Shown here in pieces: positions 12,920-27,059 of a stretch of 64,000 nt of DNA (its first letter is position 1; every line of letters starts with the position of its first letter). The translations under genes were made by a program, and so were the position numbers. The notes under the pieces were generated by a model that was given only the letters and a program-made list of their open reading frames with translations, was not told where the DNA came from and ran no database searches. Source of the stretch: Amoebidium appalachense (taxonomy: Eukaryota > Protista > Ichthyosporea); NCBI GenBank assembly GCA_963693365.1, contig CAVNZM010000004.1, forward strand, positions 1,198,448 to 1,262,447, in the 5' to 3' direction.

Positions 12920-13399
12920 TGTAAACAGTTGGACTAGTTAGGATAAGGCAGAGTACAACTGAATCAAAATAAAGACAGAGAACGGGTAGAAAGGCACACG
13001 CGGCCAGGTTGCTTTTACTATGGGCCGACTCAGTCTGTCTCAGACTTCACTGATGTGATCCCCGTACTGGGACGGCTTTCTTATATAGCCCCCAGGTTTC
13101 GGATCAAGGCCCAGGATTGGTTCATCCGCGGCCAGCGCGGGTGGCAACATGCCATTCGTGATTCTGGTGCGGTCCGAGCCAGTCAGACCTTTGTTCTATT
13201 TATGCAAACCTCTTATTGGTTCACTTCGTTTATGTGGTATGCAGCTGAAGAACCATATATGGTTCAATTCTTAGGTCAGAGTGAGTCCTATTGGTGCGGA
13301 CATAATATTTATGTGATATTCATGACAAAGCACGAATCGTGTGCTAGTAGATCACATTCTTTAGTAAACATGTACAGTTCATGTGTACAGTTGTTTACA
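12920..13399 (-). repeat. Element C 5' LTR
   Basis: Direct repeat of 984-1463; adjacent to PBS. Confidence 0.9.
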
Positions 13400-13675
13400 C
13401 TTTGCGAATACTGGCCGACTCCCAGTCCCACTGAGTCACAACACATAGGTTAATGTTTCCACGGCGGGCTCCCGTTAATATATATATTATACCTTTAAAC
13501 CCCCCCCCCCCCTTCTCCCCCCCCCCTTCCCCCCCCTCCTTCCCCCCCCCCCCCCCCCCCCCCCCCCGGAAAAGTACACACTTTAATTTTTTTTTTCGTT
13601 TCTGTTCTCAAGTGGGGAGATTTCACTAGTTCAGTGGGGATATGATAACACAAACTTCAAAGTCTTAAGTGGGGA

Positions 13676-14600
13676 TGTTGTAATACGTAGTATTTACATA
13701 TGGTAAGATCTTCTCAGTTTGTGTTATGTTTCAGTTCATATGCTTAGTGTAAATGCCACACTCCTATTATGTAAAGTGTAGCATCGATCTCCGATATGCT
13801 TGTATACTTGTAATCGTGTTGTATCGGCTTTAATCGTGTGTTGTAATATCGATTAGAATATTTATGTGTGTGTACACGGATCCACACACTCAGGGAGAGA
13901 CGTGTACATGTTTGTGTGTACATAAATATCTCTGGTTATAGTTATGCTATTACTATCTTGTTTGTTGATCTGTGCTCTCTTTTCCTTTCTCTTTCTCCTT
14001 CCTTATTTTCTTTTCTTTCTCTCCTTGTCTTCATGTGTATAATCGTATTTCTTTTCTACTAATATATGTTAGGTAGATTTGTGTTACTTAATACGTGTTC
14101 ATTGGACGGTAACACACTTAGGCTACACTTAGAATAGCATGTGTGTTTAGACTTCATTAATTCACTTTAGTTTTCATGTGTTGCCGGGCTTTAACCAATC
14201 ATCAAGGTTAAGTGTGATATGTCTGAGTCTTTGCAGTGTGTCATAGGTTAGAACTTCCTTGATGATGACACGAGTTGATCTTAACTAGTGTCTGTGTCCT
14301 ATCGTGTACGTCTCCGCGTACCAGATCTCTCTGAAAGCAATTGGTTCTTAGTGATTGGTTTCTATTAGAGATAGATCTGATTTCCAACTGGTCGGAAATC
14401 ATGTATGCATTGGACTTAGAGGAATTTCAGGTATTTATTCGAAGATCAGAATAAATTCAGTTCAGTCGTGTCTAAACATTGATGTCTGTTGTGTACACTG
14501 CTCCGATCGTTCCGTGTTTTATTGTTGTGTGTGTCCGTGGTGTTTTCACACTGCACCACTGTGTCTCTGCTTTCATCCCAAATACTTATATAATTTAACA
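13676..14600 (+). repeat. 3' LTR of outer copia A''
   Basis: Family-A LTR preceded by PPT AAGTGGGGA; right flank CAAGC is copia B integrase sequence. Confidence 0.9.
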
Positions 14601-16145
14601 CAAGCTCATCCTTGGCCATTCTGGTGACGGTGGATAGGGCTCGGTGGCCGAGACGGTTGTGCCAAAGGGTAAGGTCGTCGGTCGGTTGAGTCCTTGCTGT
14701 GTAGGCTTGGACCCATGGTTGTTGAGGGGGGTCAATCACATAGTCAGTGATGTAGTAGAGACCGTTGAGGGGGTTGAGGTCGGAAATAATGTCTCCGTTA
14801 CGGCTGTAGAGGAACGACGGATGGGTATCTGCATCGTCACAATGACCAAGGAGGCCGGCAGAAGAGGCCATGGAGGCAGACCCGAGGAAGGACGGTGACT
14901 CGGGTACGTAGAGAGCTTGGATGCTGCACGGGGTTGAGTTGCCGTTGTAGTGCAGGGTCATGTTGATGATGCCACGGTGTGTGGCATTGACGGTGCCCAG
15001 GCCTTGAATGGGAATGGGGGTACACGGGGTAAGGGTGGAGAAATACTCCTTGATGGGGCAGATGTGTGCATTGCAAGCACTGTCCCAGACGGGGTCGTCA
15101 CGGTGTGGTGTGCCGGTGGAGGAGATGAGTGCAAATTGCACACTCTTGTTGCCTTTCTCCTGCTTGGCACGACGAGCAACAGCACAGCCAGGCTCTGGGC
15201 ATGATGTGATGTGGTGGGGTTCATGGCAGTAGGAACACTCCACTCTCTTGGTGTTGTGCTGTCGGTTACGGTTGTCCCGGTTACCACGGGGGTAAGGGGA
15301 AGTTGAACGGGGGCCGGGTGACTTGGAAGACGGACGAGGATCACGGGAACGGGACGGGGAACGGTGAGGTGTAAGCTCACGTCGAGGGATACGGTTACGG
15401 AGGTCACCGGGCGGGAGCATTCTGCTCTGAAGTGCTCGAAGAGGACGGTTGTTGACGGTTGCACCAGTGCCTGCGTCTATTAGGCCGGCACGGATTTCAG
15501 CTCCTCGGATGTCGCTGATGAACTGGTTGAAGGACGGGTAAGCCTTGTTGTTCATCCAGTAGTCTGAGCAGAGACGTTCAATGTCGGTGCAGACTAGGGC
15601 TGTGTTCTTGCGGAGGTGAAGGAAGAACTTGCGTACGACATCCTTGTGTTGGACGGGCTCATCGAGGCAGGCAAATGTCGTAGCCAGACGTTGGAGGCGG
15701 GTGCCACAGTGAGGTAGGCTGTGACGTTGGGGAAGTCTCGTAGTTCAAGCTCCTCGTAGGTAACTTGAATCTGGGTGACGCGAGCCTCCTTTTCTGCCAC
15801 ATACGCCATACGCAGGTTGTGGAAGACTTCTCCACCGTGAACACCGTCTTGCATCCGGCCGGAGTCGTAGAGCTCTGTCGGATGGACGGACTGGTTGAGG
15901 ATCTGGTCGAGGACGTCGGAAGCTTTCTTGTAGGAGTCCTTGGTGCCGTAGTCTAGCCACCGGTTGGCGTCGGAGCCGTTAACCCACTGTGGTGCCTTGA
16001 TGACGTCAACGAATTTCTCGGCAATGGTGGTTCTTATGAAACGGTGGATTAGTGGCTCCCATTCGAAATAATTGAGACGCTTAGCGTCGTTCTTCTCGGA
16101 CGGATTCCATTGTGGAAGGTTGATGTACGACGGTTTGTCAGACAT
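14601..16145 (-). pseudogene. Copia B gag-PR-IN(N-term), frameshifted by an 8-nt insertion at ~15704
   Basis: MSDKPSYINLPQWNPSEK...; CSYCHEPHHITSC; WDSAC; WHNRLGH. Confidence 0.88.
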
Positions 16146-16221
16146 GGTTGAAGCAGTATGTACGGAGGAATGTCGTGGTTGTATCGAGATTGTGTGTTAG
16201 CGTGCAAAGGGGCCGTAAACC

Positions 16222-16997
16222 TGTTGTTTTGTGTGGTTTAACGGAGAAGCAGAGTGCACAGATGGGTGTTATGATATACACAACACAGAGACACACGGGA
16301 GAAACACAACCGGAGAGGTGGAACGATTTCTGGGGCCATAGGAAATGATTCAACTGCTTTATATTTATTTCAAGATGAAGTTCCTTTTATACTTAGGAAT
16401 GTGAAATCGATAATAAGTGCTAAGCCAATAAAAAGGACGAAAACTACTTTATCCAATCAGAAATACGAAAACTATGAGGGTAAAGTAAATCGATAGAAAT
16501 GCCTGTCGACACATAGAAGATAAAACGCAATCATCTAATGAAAGCAATCTTCTAATAAAGGTACGGAAACATTTAACAAAATGAAACCACTTATGTTTCT
16601 ATTAGATCATATCATATATTTATACATGATCTTAACATAACACGTCTAAATATAAGTATTCCTAATAGTTGGGGAACATAGAGCAATTCTACGTCGTGGG
16701 AAAAAGAAGGAAAGGAATGAGGAGAGAAAGGAGTGGAATGGGAAAGGAATGTAGGTTACTACATTTGGGAATATATAACGAGATTTGATTGGATGACTTA
16801 TTTAGACATTAACACAAACGACAATACGTGTGCGCGGGCTAAATATCTCGATGTGTACACAGATCTAAGATATCTGTGCACACGGAACAGAAAGGAAAGA
16901 AAGAAAGGAAAAGGGAAAAGGAAACGAACTACAACAAACTAATAAACATATATAAACTCAACTTCTAAGTCTTGCCGTTAATCATGGGAAGATAACA
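16222..16997 (-). repeat. Copia B LTR (776 bp)
   Basis: TGTTATC...CAACA on minus strand; homologous to 27772-29939 without its insert. Confidence 0.9.
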
Positions 16998-17089
16998 GTA
17001 ACCGTTGACCGTATCCCTCGACGTGAGCATACACCTCACCGTTCCCCATCCCGTTCCCGTGATCCTCGCCCGTCTTCCAAGTCACCCGG

Positions 17090-20000
17090 TGTTATTTTGT
17101 GTGGGTAAACGGAGAAGCAGAGAGCACAGATGGGTGTTATGTAAAACACAACACAAAGACACACGGGAAAAACACAACCGGAGAGGAGGAACGATTTCTG
17201 GAACCATAGGAAGTGAATACGACTGCTTATGATTTATTTCAAGATGAGGTCCCTTTTATACTTGGGAATGTGAAACGATAAACCAATCAAAAGAATGAAA
17301 ACTATGAGTGTAAAATATATCGAATAAAATGTCTGTCGACATTTAGAATATAAAACTCAATCCTCCAATGAAAGAAACTTCTAATAAAAGCACGGAAACA
17401 TTTAATAAAATGAAACCACTTATGTAACTATTAATTCATAACATATATTTATACATGTTCTTATCATAACACGTCTAAATATAATTATTCCTAATAGTTG
17501 AAGAACATAGCACAATGCTACGTCGTGGGAAAGAAATGAGAAAGGAATGTAAGTTACTATATTTGGGAAAATACAAACGAGATATGATTGGATGACATAT
17601 ATAGATTTTGACGCAAACGACAATACGTGTGCGCGAGCTAAGTATGTCGATACGTACACAGATCTAAGATGTCGTGTACACGGAAACGGAAAAGAAAGAA
17701 AGAAATGAAGAAAGGAAAAAGGAAACAAACTACAACAACTAATAAATAAATACCAAACTCAACTTCTAAGTCTTGCTGAGAATTAAGTGAAGATGACATC
17801 CCCACTCAAGGGTTGGAAGTTGGGTTCTCGTGAAGTTTGTTGATGTGACTGTTGATGTTAAGACTTTCACACATGTAGAAGTAGATGCCGTGAAGTCACA
17901 GTCAAGTTTCCCCACTCGAGAAGACAATGGAGAAGACTTGAAGGTGCAAGCCGGGGAAGAAAACCAAAACGGAAGAAGCACACAACGACGGTTGCCTCTG
18001 AAGACTCGGAAGATGACGGTAGCCAATGACGTGATATATAAATATATATAGAAGAAACAACTAGTGTATGTGTGACGTGTTGGTGGCTAATGATAAATAC
18101 ATTATATATATGGTGGTATATAAATAAACGACGGATGGTGGAGAAGAAATCCCCACTGAAGATGCACACACTGAAGATCGATGAAGACAGCAGTAGACTT
18201 TCGTTGGGAGGTGTCTCTACACGGTGATGTGTAGACCACTGGCCAGGGCCCCAACCTACTTGAAGACCACTGTAGATGAACCGGGGGGGGGGGGGGGGGG
18301 GGGAGGGGGGGGGGAGGGGGGGGGGGGGGGGGGGGCACACTCAGTCACGAAGACTGAGTGAATCATGGTGCTGCTCGTGGGAGGGCCCGGGCAGGGGCTT
18401 GGTGAAGATGTCAGCCACGTTGTCTTTGCTGGACACGTAGGTGACGACCACATCCCCACTCTTGATGTAGTCCTTCGTGTTGTGGTAACGGACTGCAATG
18501 TGTTTGGTCCGGTGCTTGATGCTGTTGGTGTGCAGGAGGGCAATGGTGGACTGGTTGTCACAGTAGACGGGGGTGGGGTCGGTCATCGGGTAGCCGAGTT
18601 CACGGAGGAGATCACGGTGCCAGATGACGTTCTGAACAGCAGCATTGGTGGCCAGAAGCTCAGCCTCGGTGGTGGATGTTGCCGTGATGGACTGCAGCTT
18701 CGAATACCATGTGATGGGTATGCCCTTGAAGAAGATGACGTATCCGGTGGTTGAACGACGGGTGTTGGGGCAGTTGGCAAAGTCAGCATCAGAATAACAC
18801 TCCAGCAAGGGGGTGTTGTCGTCGGAAGCAGACTTGTCGTAGTGAAGGCCGAGGTTGGAAGTGCCGATGAGGTACCGAACTACACGGAGTAGACATTCCC
18901 ATGCAAGTTTGGTGGGGTTGGCACTGAATCTACCGAGGTAGCCGATGGCAAAGGAGATGTCGGGCCGGGAACAACGAGCAACCCACAAAAGACGGCCGAG
19001 TAGTTCACGGTAGGGAACCTCGATGGGTGGTGAGTCGTTCTCGTTGATGGTGATGACGGTGCCGACGGGAATGGGAGTAGCCTTGGGGTGAGCATCGTTG
19101 AGGTTGAAGTCTCTGACGATGTCGTTGATGTAGGATTGCTGAAGCAGCTTGAGGTGACCGGGGGTGTGGATGAGCTGGGTGCCAAGGAAGATGTCGGGAA
19201 GGTCAACCTTGCAGAGAGCTGACTTCATGATGTGGTCTACTAGATCCTTGGTGTGGGAGGAGTTGGCCGTGCAGATGATGATGACGTCGTCCACATAGTT
19301 GCCAGTGAGGATGATGTCACCGTTGGGGAAGGTCTTGATGTAGACACATGGATCTGAACGGAGACGTTCGAGACCGTGAGCAAGGAGGACCTTGTCGAAG
19401 TACTCATACCAGGCCAGTGATGCTTGCTTGAGCCCGTAGAGTGTCTTCTTAAGTTTCCAGACCTTGTGTTCGTTGCCGGGGGTGATGAAGCCAGGTGGTG
19501 GCTCAATGTAGATGTCTTCTTGAAGAGGACTGTTGAGGAAGGCAGTTGAGACGTCGAGTTGATGAATCTCATGGTTGCCGTCCACACCGATGGCAAGGAG
19601 GGCACGGACGGAGGAGGACATCACCACGGGGGAAGAGGTGTCACCGTAGTCAACACCGTAGACTTGAGTGAAGCCCTTTGCAACACCACGAGCTTTGATC
19701 TTGGTGTCACCGGCTGAGTTGAGGACTTTCTCAGTCACAATCCACTTGAACTTGATGATGTTGGCACCAGGGGGGGGATCAACAATGGTGAAGACATCCT
19801 TGGTGATGAAGGCTTGGTACTCGGAGGTGAGGGCAGCTATGACGGCATCACCGTTGGGACCGTTGCAAAGCTTTTGAATGCCCTTGGGGAGCTGGTCAAT
19901 GTTGATGGTCGGTGCTACGATGCTGACCAGTGCCGTTGGAGTCTTGGTGAGACGTGTAGACCGACGAAGGTTGGGCTTGGGGGGGTCCTTGAGGGGGGTG

Positions 20001-23000
20001 GTGGCCGGGTAGGTGGTGGAGGCCGGGATAGGGGCATGGAAGCCAGGAATAGGACCGGTGGTGAGGGGGGCATCGGTGTCCACAGGGCTGCTCGTGGCCG
20101 AGTGGAAGGTGGGGGACCCAGGACGAACCGGAGTCATGTAGCCGGGTTGATGCACAGCAACGGGGGGGGGCCGGCAGCAAAGGTTGTTGGCCAGTGGGGG
20201 GGGGGGCTCGGGGGAGGCACGGGTTCAACCGGGGCTGGTTGGTTGTGCCAGGACGGTTGGGAGATGACCACAGACGGAGTTTCATCGTCGTCGTCGGAGG
20301 GGGGGTCCAATGTCGGCAGATCGGGTTTGGGGGGAACGGAGACCTGATTGGTGCTGCCCGTGAATTTCGACTCGTCGAAGATCACATCACGGCAGATCTT
20401 GATTTGGTTGCTGGCAAGGTCGAGGATCTTGTGTGCCTTGGAGGGTAGGTCCCAGCCGACGTAGGTGCCGACTCTGACGGTTGATGCCAGCTTGTTCCTC
20501 TTTGACCGGGGAACATGGACATAGGCAGGGGAGCCGAACACGTGGAGCTGGGAGACGTCGGGTTTGAAGCCGTGGAAGGCCTCGAAGGGAGTGTTGCCGT
20601 TGGCAGCAGATGACGGTGTGACGTTGATGATGTAGCTTGTATGCTTGAGAGCAGCAACCCACAACTTGGGAGAGAGAGGTTGGTCCTTGTCGGCATGGAG
20701 GAAGCAACGGACTGTCTCTTGCAGTTCTCTCATCTTCCGTTCAACAACACCATTGTGTTGTGGTGTGTCGACGGGGGCAAACTCCATGATGATGCCTTTC
20801 TGCTTGCAGTAGGCCTCGGTGTCCTTGGAGGTGAATTCAGAGCCGGAGTCAAACCGAAGATGGGTGACGATCTCAGGTGTCTGACGTTCGATGGTTTCAA
20901 CGAGAGACTGAATGTGGCTGAGGGTTTCACCACGGTTGTAAAGGGGGAACACGGTGGTGTAACCGGTGGCATCACAAACACACACCAGAGCAACCTTGTA
21001 GCCTCCGTAGGAAGCACAGGGAGCTTCGAAGAAGTCCAGGTGCCACTTAGCACCGGGAATGGTCAACTTGGAACGGGTGCCGGGAAAGGGGGCCTTGGTG
21101 GTCTTGCCAGACATGCAGCCGAAGCAGTCACTGTTGTCGGGTGACTTGAGGGAGGGGGGCATGCCGATGACAAGCTCATCTTTGGCCATCCTGGTGACGG
21201 TGGAGAGGGCACGGTGGCCGAGACGGTTGTGCCAAAGGGTGAGGTCGTCGGGTGGTTGAGTCCTTGCTGTGTAGGCTTGGACCCCCGGGTGTTTAGGAGT
21301 CTCAATCACATAGTCAGTGATGTAGTAGAGACCGTCGAGGGGGGTGAGATCTGTAATAATGTCACCATTACGGCTGTAGAGGAACGACGGGTGGTTGTCT
21401 GTATCGTCACAATGAGCTAGGAGGCCGGCAGCTGATGCCATGGAGGTAGACACGAGGAAAGACGGTGCCTCGGGTACGTAGTAAGCATTGATGCTGCACG
21501 GTGTTGGGTGGCCGTTGTAGTGCAGTGTTATGTTGATGATGCCACGTTGTTTGGCATTGACTGTGCCGAGGCCGTGAATGGGGGTGGGAGGACACGGGGG
21601 TAAGGGAGGAGAAATACTCCTTGATGGGGCAGATGTGTGCATTACAAGCACTGTCCCAGACGGGGTCGTTACTGTCAGGTGTGCCGGTGGAGGAGATGAG
21701 TGCAAATTTCACACTCTTGTCACCTTTCTCCTGCTTGGCACGACGAGCAACTGTGCAGCCAGGCTCCGGGCATGCTGTGATGTGGTGGGGCTCATGGCAG
21801 TAGGAACACTTCACACTGTTGGTGTTGTGCTGTCGGTTACGGTTGTCCCTGTTACCACGGTGGTAAGGGGAAGTTGAACGGGGGCCGGGTGACTTGGAGG
21901 GAGGACGAGGATCACGGGAACGGGACGGGGAACGGTGAGGTGTATGCTCACGTCGAGGAATACGGTTACGGAGGTCACCGGGGGGAAGCACTCTGCTCTG
22001 GAGTGCACGGAGGGGACGGTTGTTGACGGTTGCACCTGTGCCTGCGTCGATGAGGCCGGCACGGATTTCAGCTCCTCGGATGTCACTGATGAGCATGTTG
22101 AAGGACGGGTAGGCCTTGTTGTTCATCCAGTAGTCGGAGAAGAGACGTTCAATGTCGGGGCAGACCAGGGCTGTGTTCTTCCGGATGTGGAGGAAGAACT
22201 TACGTACGACATCCTTGTGCTGGACGGGTTCGTCGAGGCAGGCAAGTGTCGTAGCCAGACGTTGGAGACGGGTGAGGTATGCTGTGACGTTGGGGTAGTC
22301 TCGTAGTTCAAGCTCCTCGAAGGTGACTTGAATCTGGGTGACTCGGGCCTCCTTCTCTGCTACATACGCCATACGTAGGTTGTGGAAGACTTCACCACCG
22401 TGGACACCGTCTTGCATCCGGCCGGAGTCGTAGAGCTCGGTCGGGTGGACGGACTGGTTGAGGATCTGGTCGAGGACGTCGGAAGCTTTCTTGTAGGAGT
22501 CCTTGGTGGTGTAGCCTATCCACTGGTTGGCTTCAGCGCCGTCAACCCACTGTGGCCTCTTGATAGCGTCAACGAATTTCTCGGCAATGGTGGTTCTAAT
22601 GAACCGGTGAATGAGTGGCTCCCACTCGAAATAATTAAGACGTTTCTCGTCTCGTTTCTCGGACGGATTCCATATTGGAAGGTTGATATACGACGGTTTG
22701 TCAGTCATGATTGAAGCAGTAAGACTGAGAGATTTTCGCGGTTGTAGCGAGATTGTGTGTTAGCGTGCAAAGGGGCCGTAAACCTGTTATTTTGTGTGGG
22801 TAAACGGAGAAGCAGAGAGCACAGATGGGTGTTATGTAAAACACAACACAAAGACACACGGGAAAAACACAACCGGAGAGGAGGAACGATTTCTGGAACC
22901 ATAGGAAGTGAATACGACTGCTTATGATTTATTTCAAGATGAGGTCCCTTTTATACTTGGGAATGTGAAACGATAAACCAATCAAAAGAATGAAAACTAT

Positions 23001-23493
23001 GAGTGTAAAATATATCGAATAAAATGTCTGTCGACATTTAGAATATAAAACTCAATCCTCCAATGAAAGAAACTTCTAATAAAAGCACGGAAACATTTAA
23101 TAAAATGAAACCACTTATGTAACTATTAATTCATAACATATATTTATACATGTTCTTATCATAACACGTCTAAATATAATTATTCCTAATAGTTGAAGAA
23201 CATAGCACAATGCTACGTCGTGGGAAAGAAATGAGAAAGGAATGTAAGTTACTATATTTGGGAAAATACAAACGAGATATGATTGGATGACATATATAGA
23301 TTTTGACGCAAACGACAATACGTGTGCGCGAGCTAAGTATGTCGATACGTACACAGATCTAAGATGTCGTGTACACGGAAACGGAAAAGAAAGAAAGAAA
23401 TGAAGAAAGGAAAAAGGAAACAAACTACAACAACTAATAAATAAATACCAAACTCAACTTCTAAGTCTTGCTGAGAATTAAGTGAAGATGACA
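17090..23493 (-). mobile_element. Full-length Ty1/copia, family B (709-bp LTR subfamily)
   Basis: LTRs 17090-17798 and 22785-23493 appear identical; TSD CCCGG (17085-17089, 23494-23498); PBS 22762-22784; PPT from 17799. Confidence 0.95.
18341..22708 (-). CDS. gag-pol: Copia B Gag-Pol polyprotein (apparent frameshifts in G-runs at ~21598 and ~20165)
   Basis: ORFs 21407-22708, 20134-21705 and 18341-20155 together give knuckle, WDSAC protease, HHCC plus DDE integrase, GNYVDD RT, YSDADFA/TEAEL/ADIFTK RNase H. Confidence 0.92.
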
Positions 23494-26400
23494 CCCGGCC
23501 CCCGTTCAACTTCCCCTTACCCCCGTGGTAACCGGGACAACCGTAACCGACAGCACAACACCAAGAGAGTGGAGTGTTCCTACTGCCATGAACCCCACCA
23601 CATAACATCATGCCCAGAGCCTGGCTGTGCTGTTGCTCGTCGTCACGGTGCCAAGCAGGAGAAAGGCAACAAGAGTGTGCAATTTGCACTCATCTCCTCC
23701 ACCGGCACACCACACCGTGACGACCCCGTCTGGGACAGTGCTTGCAATGCACACATCTGCCCCATCAAGGAGTATTTCTCCACCCTTACCCCGTGTACCC
23801 CCATTCCCATTCAAGGCCTGGGCACCGTCAATGCCACCCACCGTGGCATCATCAACATGACACTGCACTACAACGGCAACTCAACTCCGTGCAGCATCAA
23901 TGCTCTCTACGTACCCGAGTCACCGTCCTTCCTCGTGTCTGCCTCCATGGCCTCAACTGCCGGCCTCCTTGGACATTGTGACGATGCAGATACTCATCCG
24001 TCGTTCCTCTACAGCCGTAACGGAGACATTATTTCCGACCTCAACCCCCTCAACGGGCTCTACTACATCACTGACTACGTGATTGACCCCCCTCAACAAC
24101 CGTGGGTCCAAGCCTACACAGCAAGGACTCAACCGACCGACGACCTTACCCTTTGGCACAACCGTCTCGGCCACCGAGCCCTATCCACCGTCACCAGAAT
24201 GGCCAAGGATGAGCTTGTCATCGGCATGCCCCCCTCCCTCAAGTCAACCGACCACAGTGACTGCTTCGGCTGCATGTCTGGCAAGACCACCAAGGCTCCA
24301 TTTCCCGGCACCCGTTCCCGTTTCACCATCCCCGGTGCTAAGTGGCATCTGGACTTCTTCGAAGCTCCCTGTGCTTCCTACGGAGGCTACAAGGTTGCTC
24401 TGGGGTGTGTTTGTGATGCCACCGGTTACACCACCGTGTTCCCCCTCTACAACCGTGCTGAAACCCTCAGCTACATTCAGTCTCTCAATGAAACCGTCGA
24501 ACGTCAGACCCCTGAGATCGTCACCCATCTTCGGTTTGACTCCGGCTCCGAGTTCACATCCAAGGACACCGAAGTCTACTGCAAGCAGAAAGGCATCATC
24601 ATGGAGTTTGCCCCCGTCGACACACCACAGCACAACGGTGTTGTTGAACGGAAGATGAGAGAACTGCAAGAGACAGTCCGTTGCTTCCTCCATGCCGACA
24701 AGGACCAACCTCTCTCTCCCAAGTTGTGGGTTGCTGCTCTCAAGCATGCTAGCTACATCATCAACGTCACACCGTCATCTGCTGCCAACGGCAACACCCC
24801 CTTGGAGGCCTTCCACGGCTTCAAACCCGACGTCTCCCAGCTCCACGTGTTCGGCTCCCCTGCCTATGTCCATGTTCCCCGATCCAAGAGGAACAAGCTT
24901 GCATCAACCGTCAGAGTCGGCACCTACGTCGGCTGGGAACAATTTGCCCTCGAAGGCACACAAGATCCTCGACTGTGCCAGCAACCAAGTCAAGATCTGC
25001 CGTGACGTGATCATTGACGAGTCAAAATTCACGAGCAGCACCAATCAGGTCCCCGATCCCCCCGAACCCGATCTGCCGACATTGGACCCCCACTCCGACG
25101 ACGACGATGAAATTCCGTCTGTGGTCATCACCAACCCGTCCTGGCACAACCAACCAGCCCCGGTTGAACCCGTACCTCCCCCGAGCCCCCCCCCCCACTG
25201 GCCAACAACCCTTGCTGCCGGCCCCCCCCGTTGCTGTGCATCAACCCGGCTACATGACTCCGGTTCGTCCTGGGTCCCCCACCTTCCACTCGGCCTAGAG
25301 CAGCCCTGTGGACACCGATGCCCCCCTCACCACAGGTCCCATTCCTGGCTTCCATGCCCCTGTCCCGGCCTACAACACCTCCCCGGCCCCCACCCCCCTC
25401 AAGGACCCCCCCAAGCCGAACCTTCGTCGGTCTGCACGTCTCACCAAGCCATCAACGGCACTGGTCAGCATCACAGCACCGACCATCACCATTGACCAAC
25501 TACCCAAGGGCATACAAAAGCTTTGCAACGGTCCCAACAGTGATGCCGTCATAGCTGCCCTCACCTCCGAGTACCAAGCCTTCATCACCAAGGATGTCTT
25601 CACCGTCGTTGATCCCCCCCCTGATGCCAACATCATCAAGTTCAAGTGGATTGTGACTGAGAAAGTCCTCAACTCAGCCGGTGACACCAAGATCAAGGCT
25701 CGTGGTGTTGCAAAGGGCTTCACTCAAGTCTACGGTGTTGACTACGGTGACACCTCTTCCCCCGTGGTAATGTCCTCCTCCGTCCGTGCCCTCCTTGCCA
25801 TCGGTGTGGACGGCAACCATGAGATTCATCAACTCGACGTCTCCACAGCCTTCCTCAACAGTCCTCTTCAAGAAGACATCTACATTGAGCCACCACCTGG
25901 CTTCATCACCCCCGGCAACGAGCACAAGGTCTGGAAACTCAAGAAGGCACTCTACGGCCTCAAACAGGCATCACTGGCATGGTATGACTCGGAGTACTTC
26001 GACAAGATCCTCCTTGCTCACGGTCTCGAACGTCTACGTTCAGATCCATGTGTCTACATCAAGTCCTTCCCCAACGGTGACATCATCCTCACTGGCAACT
26101 ACTATGTGGACGACGTCATCATCATCTGCACGGCCAACTCCTCCCACACCAAGGATCTCGTAGATCACATCATGAAGTCAGCTCTCTGCAAGGTCGACCT
26201 TCCCGACATCTTCCTCGGCACCCAGCTCATCCACACCCCCGGTCACCTCAAGCTGCTTCAACAGTCCTACATCACCGACATCGTCAGAGACTTCAACCTC
26301 AACGATGCCAACCCCAAGGCCACTCCCATTCCCGTCGGCAACGTCATCACCAACAACGAGAACGACTCACTACCCATCAAGGTTCCATACCGTGAACTCC

Positions 26401-27059
26401 TCGGCCGCCTTTTGTGGGTTGCTCGCTGTTCCCGGCCCGACATCTCCTTTGCCATCGGCTACCTCGGCCGATTCAGTGCCAACCCCACCAAACTTGCATG
26501 GGAATGTCTGCTCCGTGTAGTTCGGTACCTCATCGGCACATCCAACCTCGGCCTCCACTACGACAAGTCTGCATCCGACGACAACACCCCCTTGCTGGAG
26601 TGTTATTCTGATGCCGACTTTGCTGGCTGCCCCACCACCCGTCGTTCAACCACTGGCTACGTCATCTTCTTCAAGGGCATCCCCATCACATGGTATTCAA
26701 AGCTGCAGTCCATCACGGCAACATCCACCACCGAGGCTGAGCTTCTGGCCATCAATGCTGCTGTTCAAAACGTCATCTGGCACCGTGATCTCCTCCGTGA
26801 ACTCGGCTACCCGATGACCGACCCCACCCCCGTCTATTGTGACAATCAGTCCACCATTGCCCTCCTGCACACCAACAGCATCAAGCACCGGACCAAACAC
26901 ATTGCCGTCCGGTACCACAACACGAAGGACTACATCAAGAGTGGGGATGTGGTCGTCACCTATGTGTCCACCAAGGACAACGTGGCCGACATCTTCACCA
27001 AGGCCCTGCCTGGGCCCTCCCTCGAGCAGCACCGTGCTTCCCTCAGTCTTCGTGACTGA
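23494..27059 (+). pseudogene. Copia B gag(3')-pol, disrupted
   Basis: Same domains as 36866-41235 but with a frameshift at ~24940, an in-frame TAG at ~25296 and several small insertions. Confidence 0.9.

Larger units (their letters stand above)
984..13399 (-). mobile_element. Non-autonomous LTR retroelement C (~3.6 kb once nested inserts are removed)
   Basis: Two near-identical 480-bp LTRs TGTAAACA...TGTTTACA; 5-bp TSD CTTTG (979-983, 13400-13404); PBS and PPT on minus strand; no recognisable gag/pol inside. Confidence 0.9.
1..14600 (+). mobile_element. Outer copia family-A variant (A''), 5' end outside window; own sequence is 1-983 plus 13400-14600, split by element C
   Basis: RNase H C-terminus (SGDVVVNYVESANNLADILTKSLP) at 670-798; 3' UTR resumes after the CTTTG TSD; poly-C tract, AGTGGGGA motifs and PPT precede a family-A LTR at 13676-14600. 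Confidence 0.8.
14601..16997 (-). mobile_element. Copia family B (776-bp LTR subfamily), 5' part, interrupted by A''
   Basis: 5' LTR 16222-16997, PBS 16199-16221, gag-protease-integrase N-terminus 16145-14601. Confidence 0.9.
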
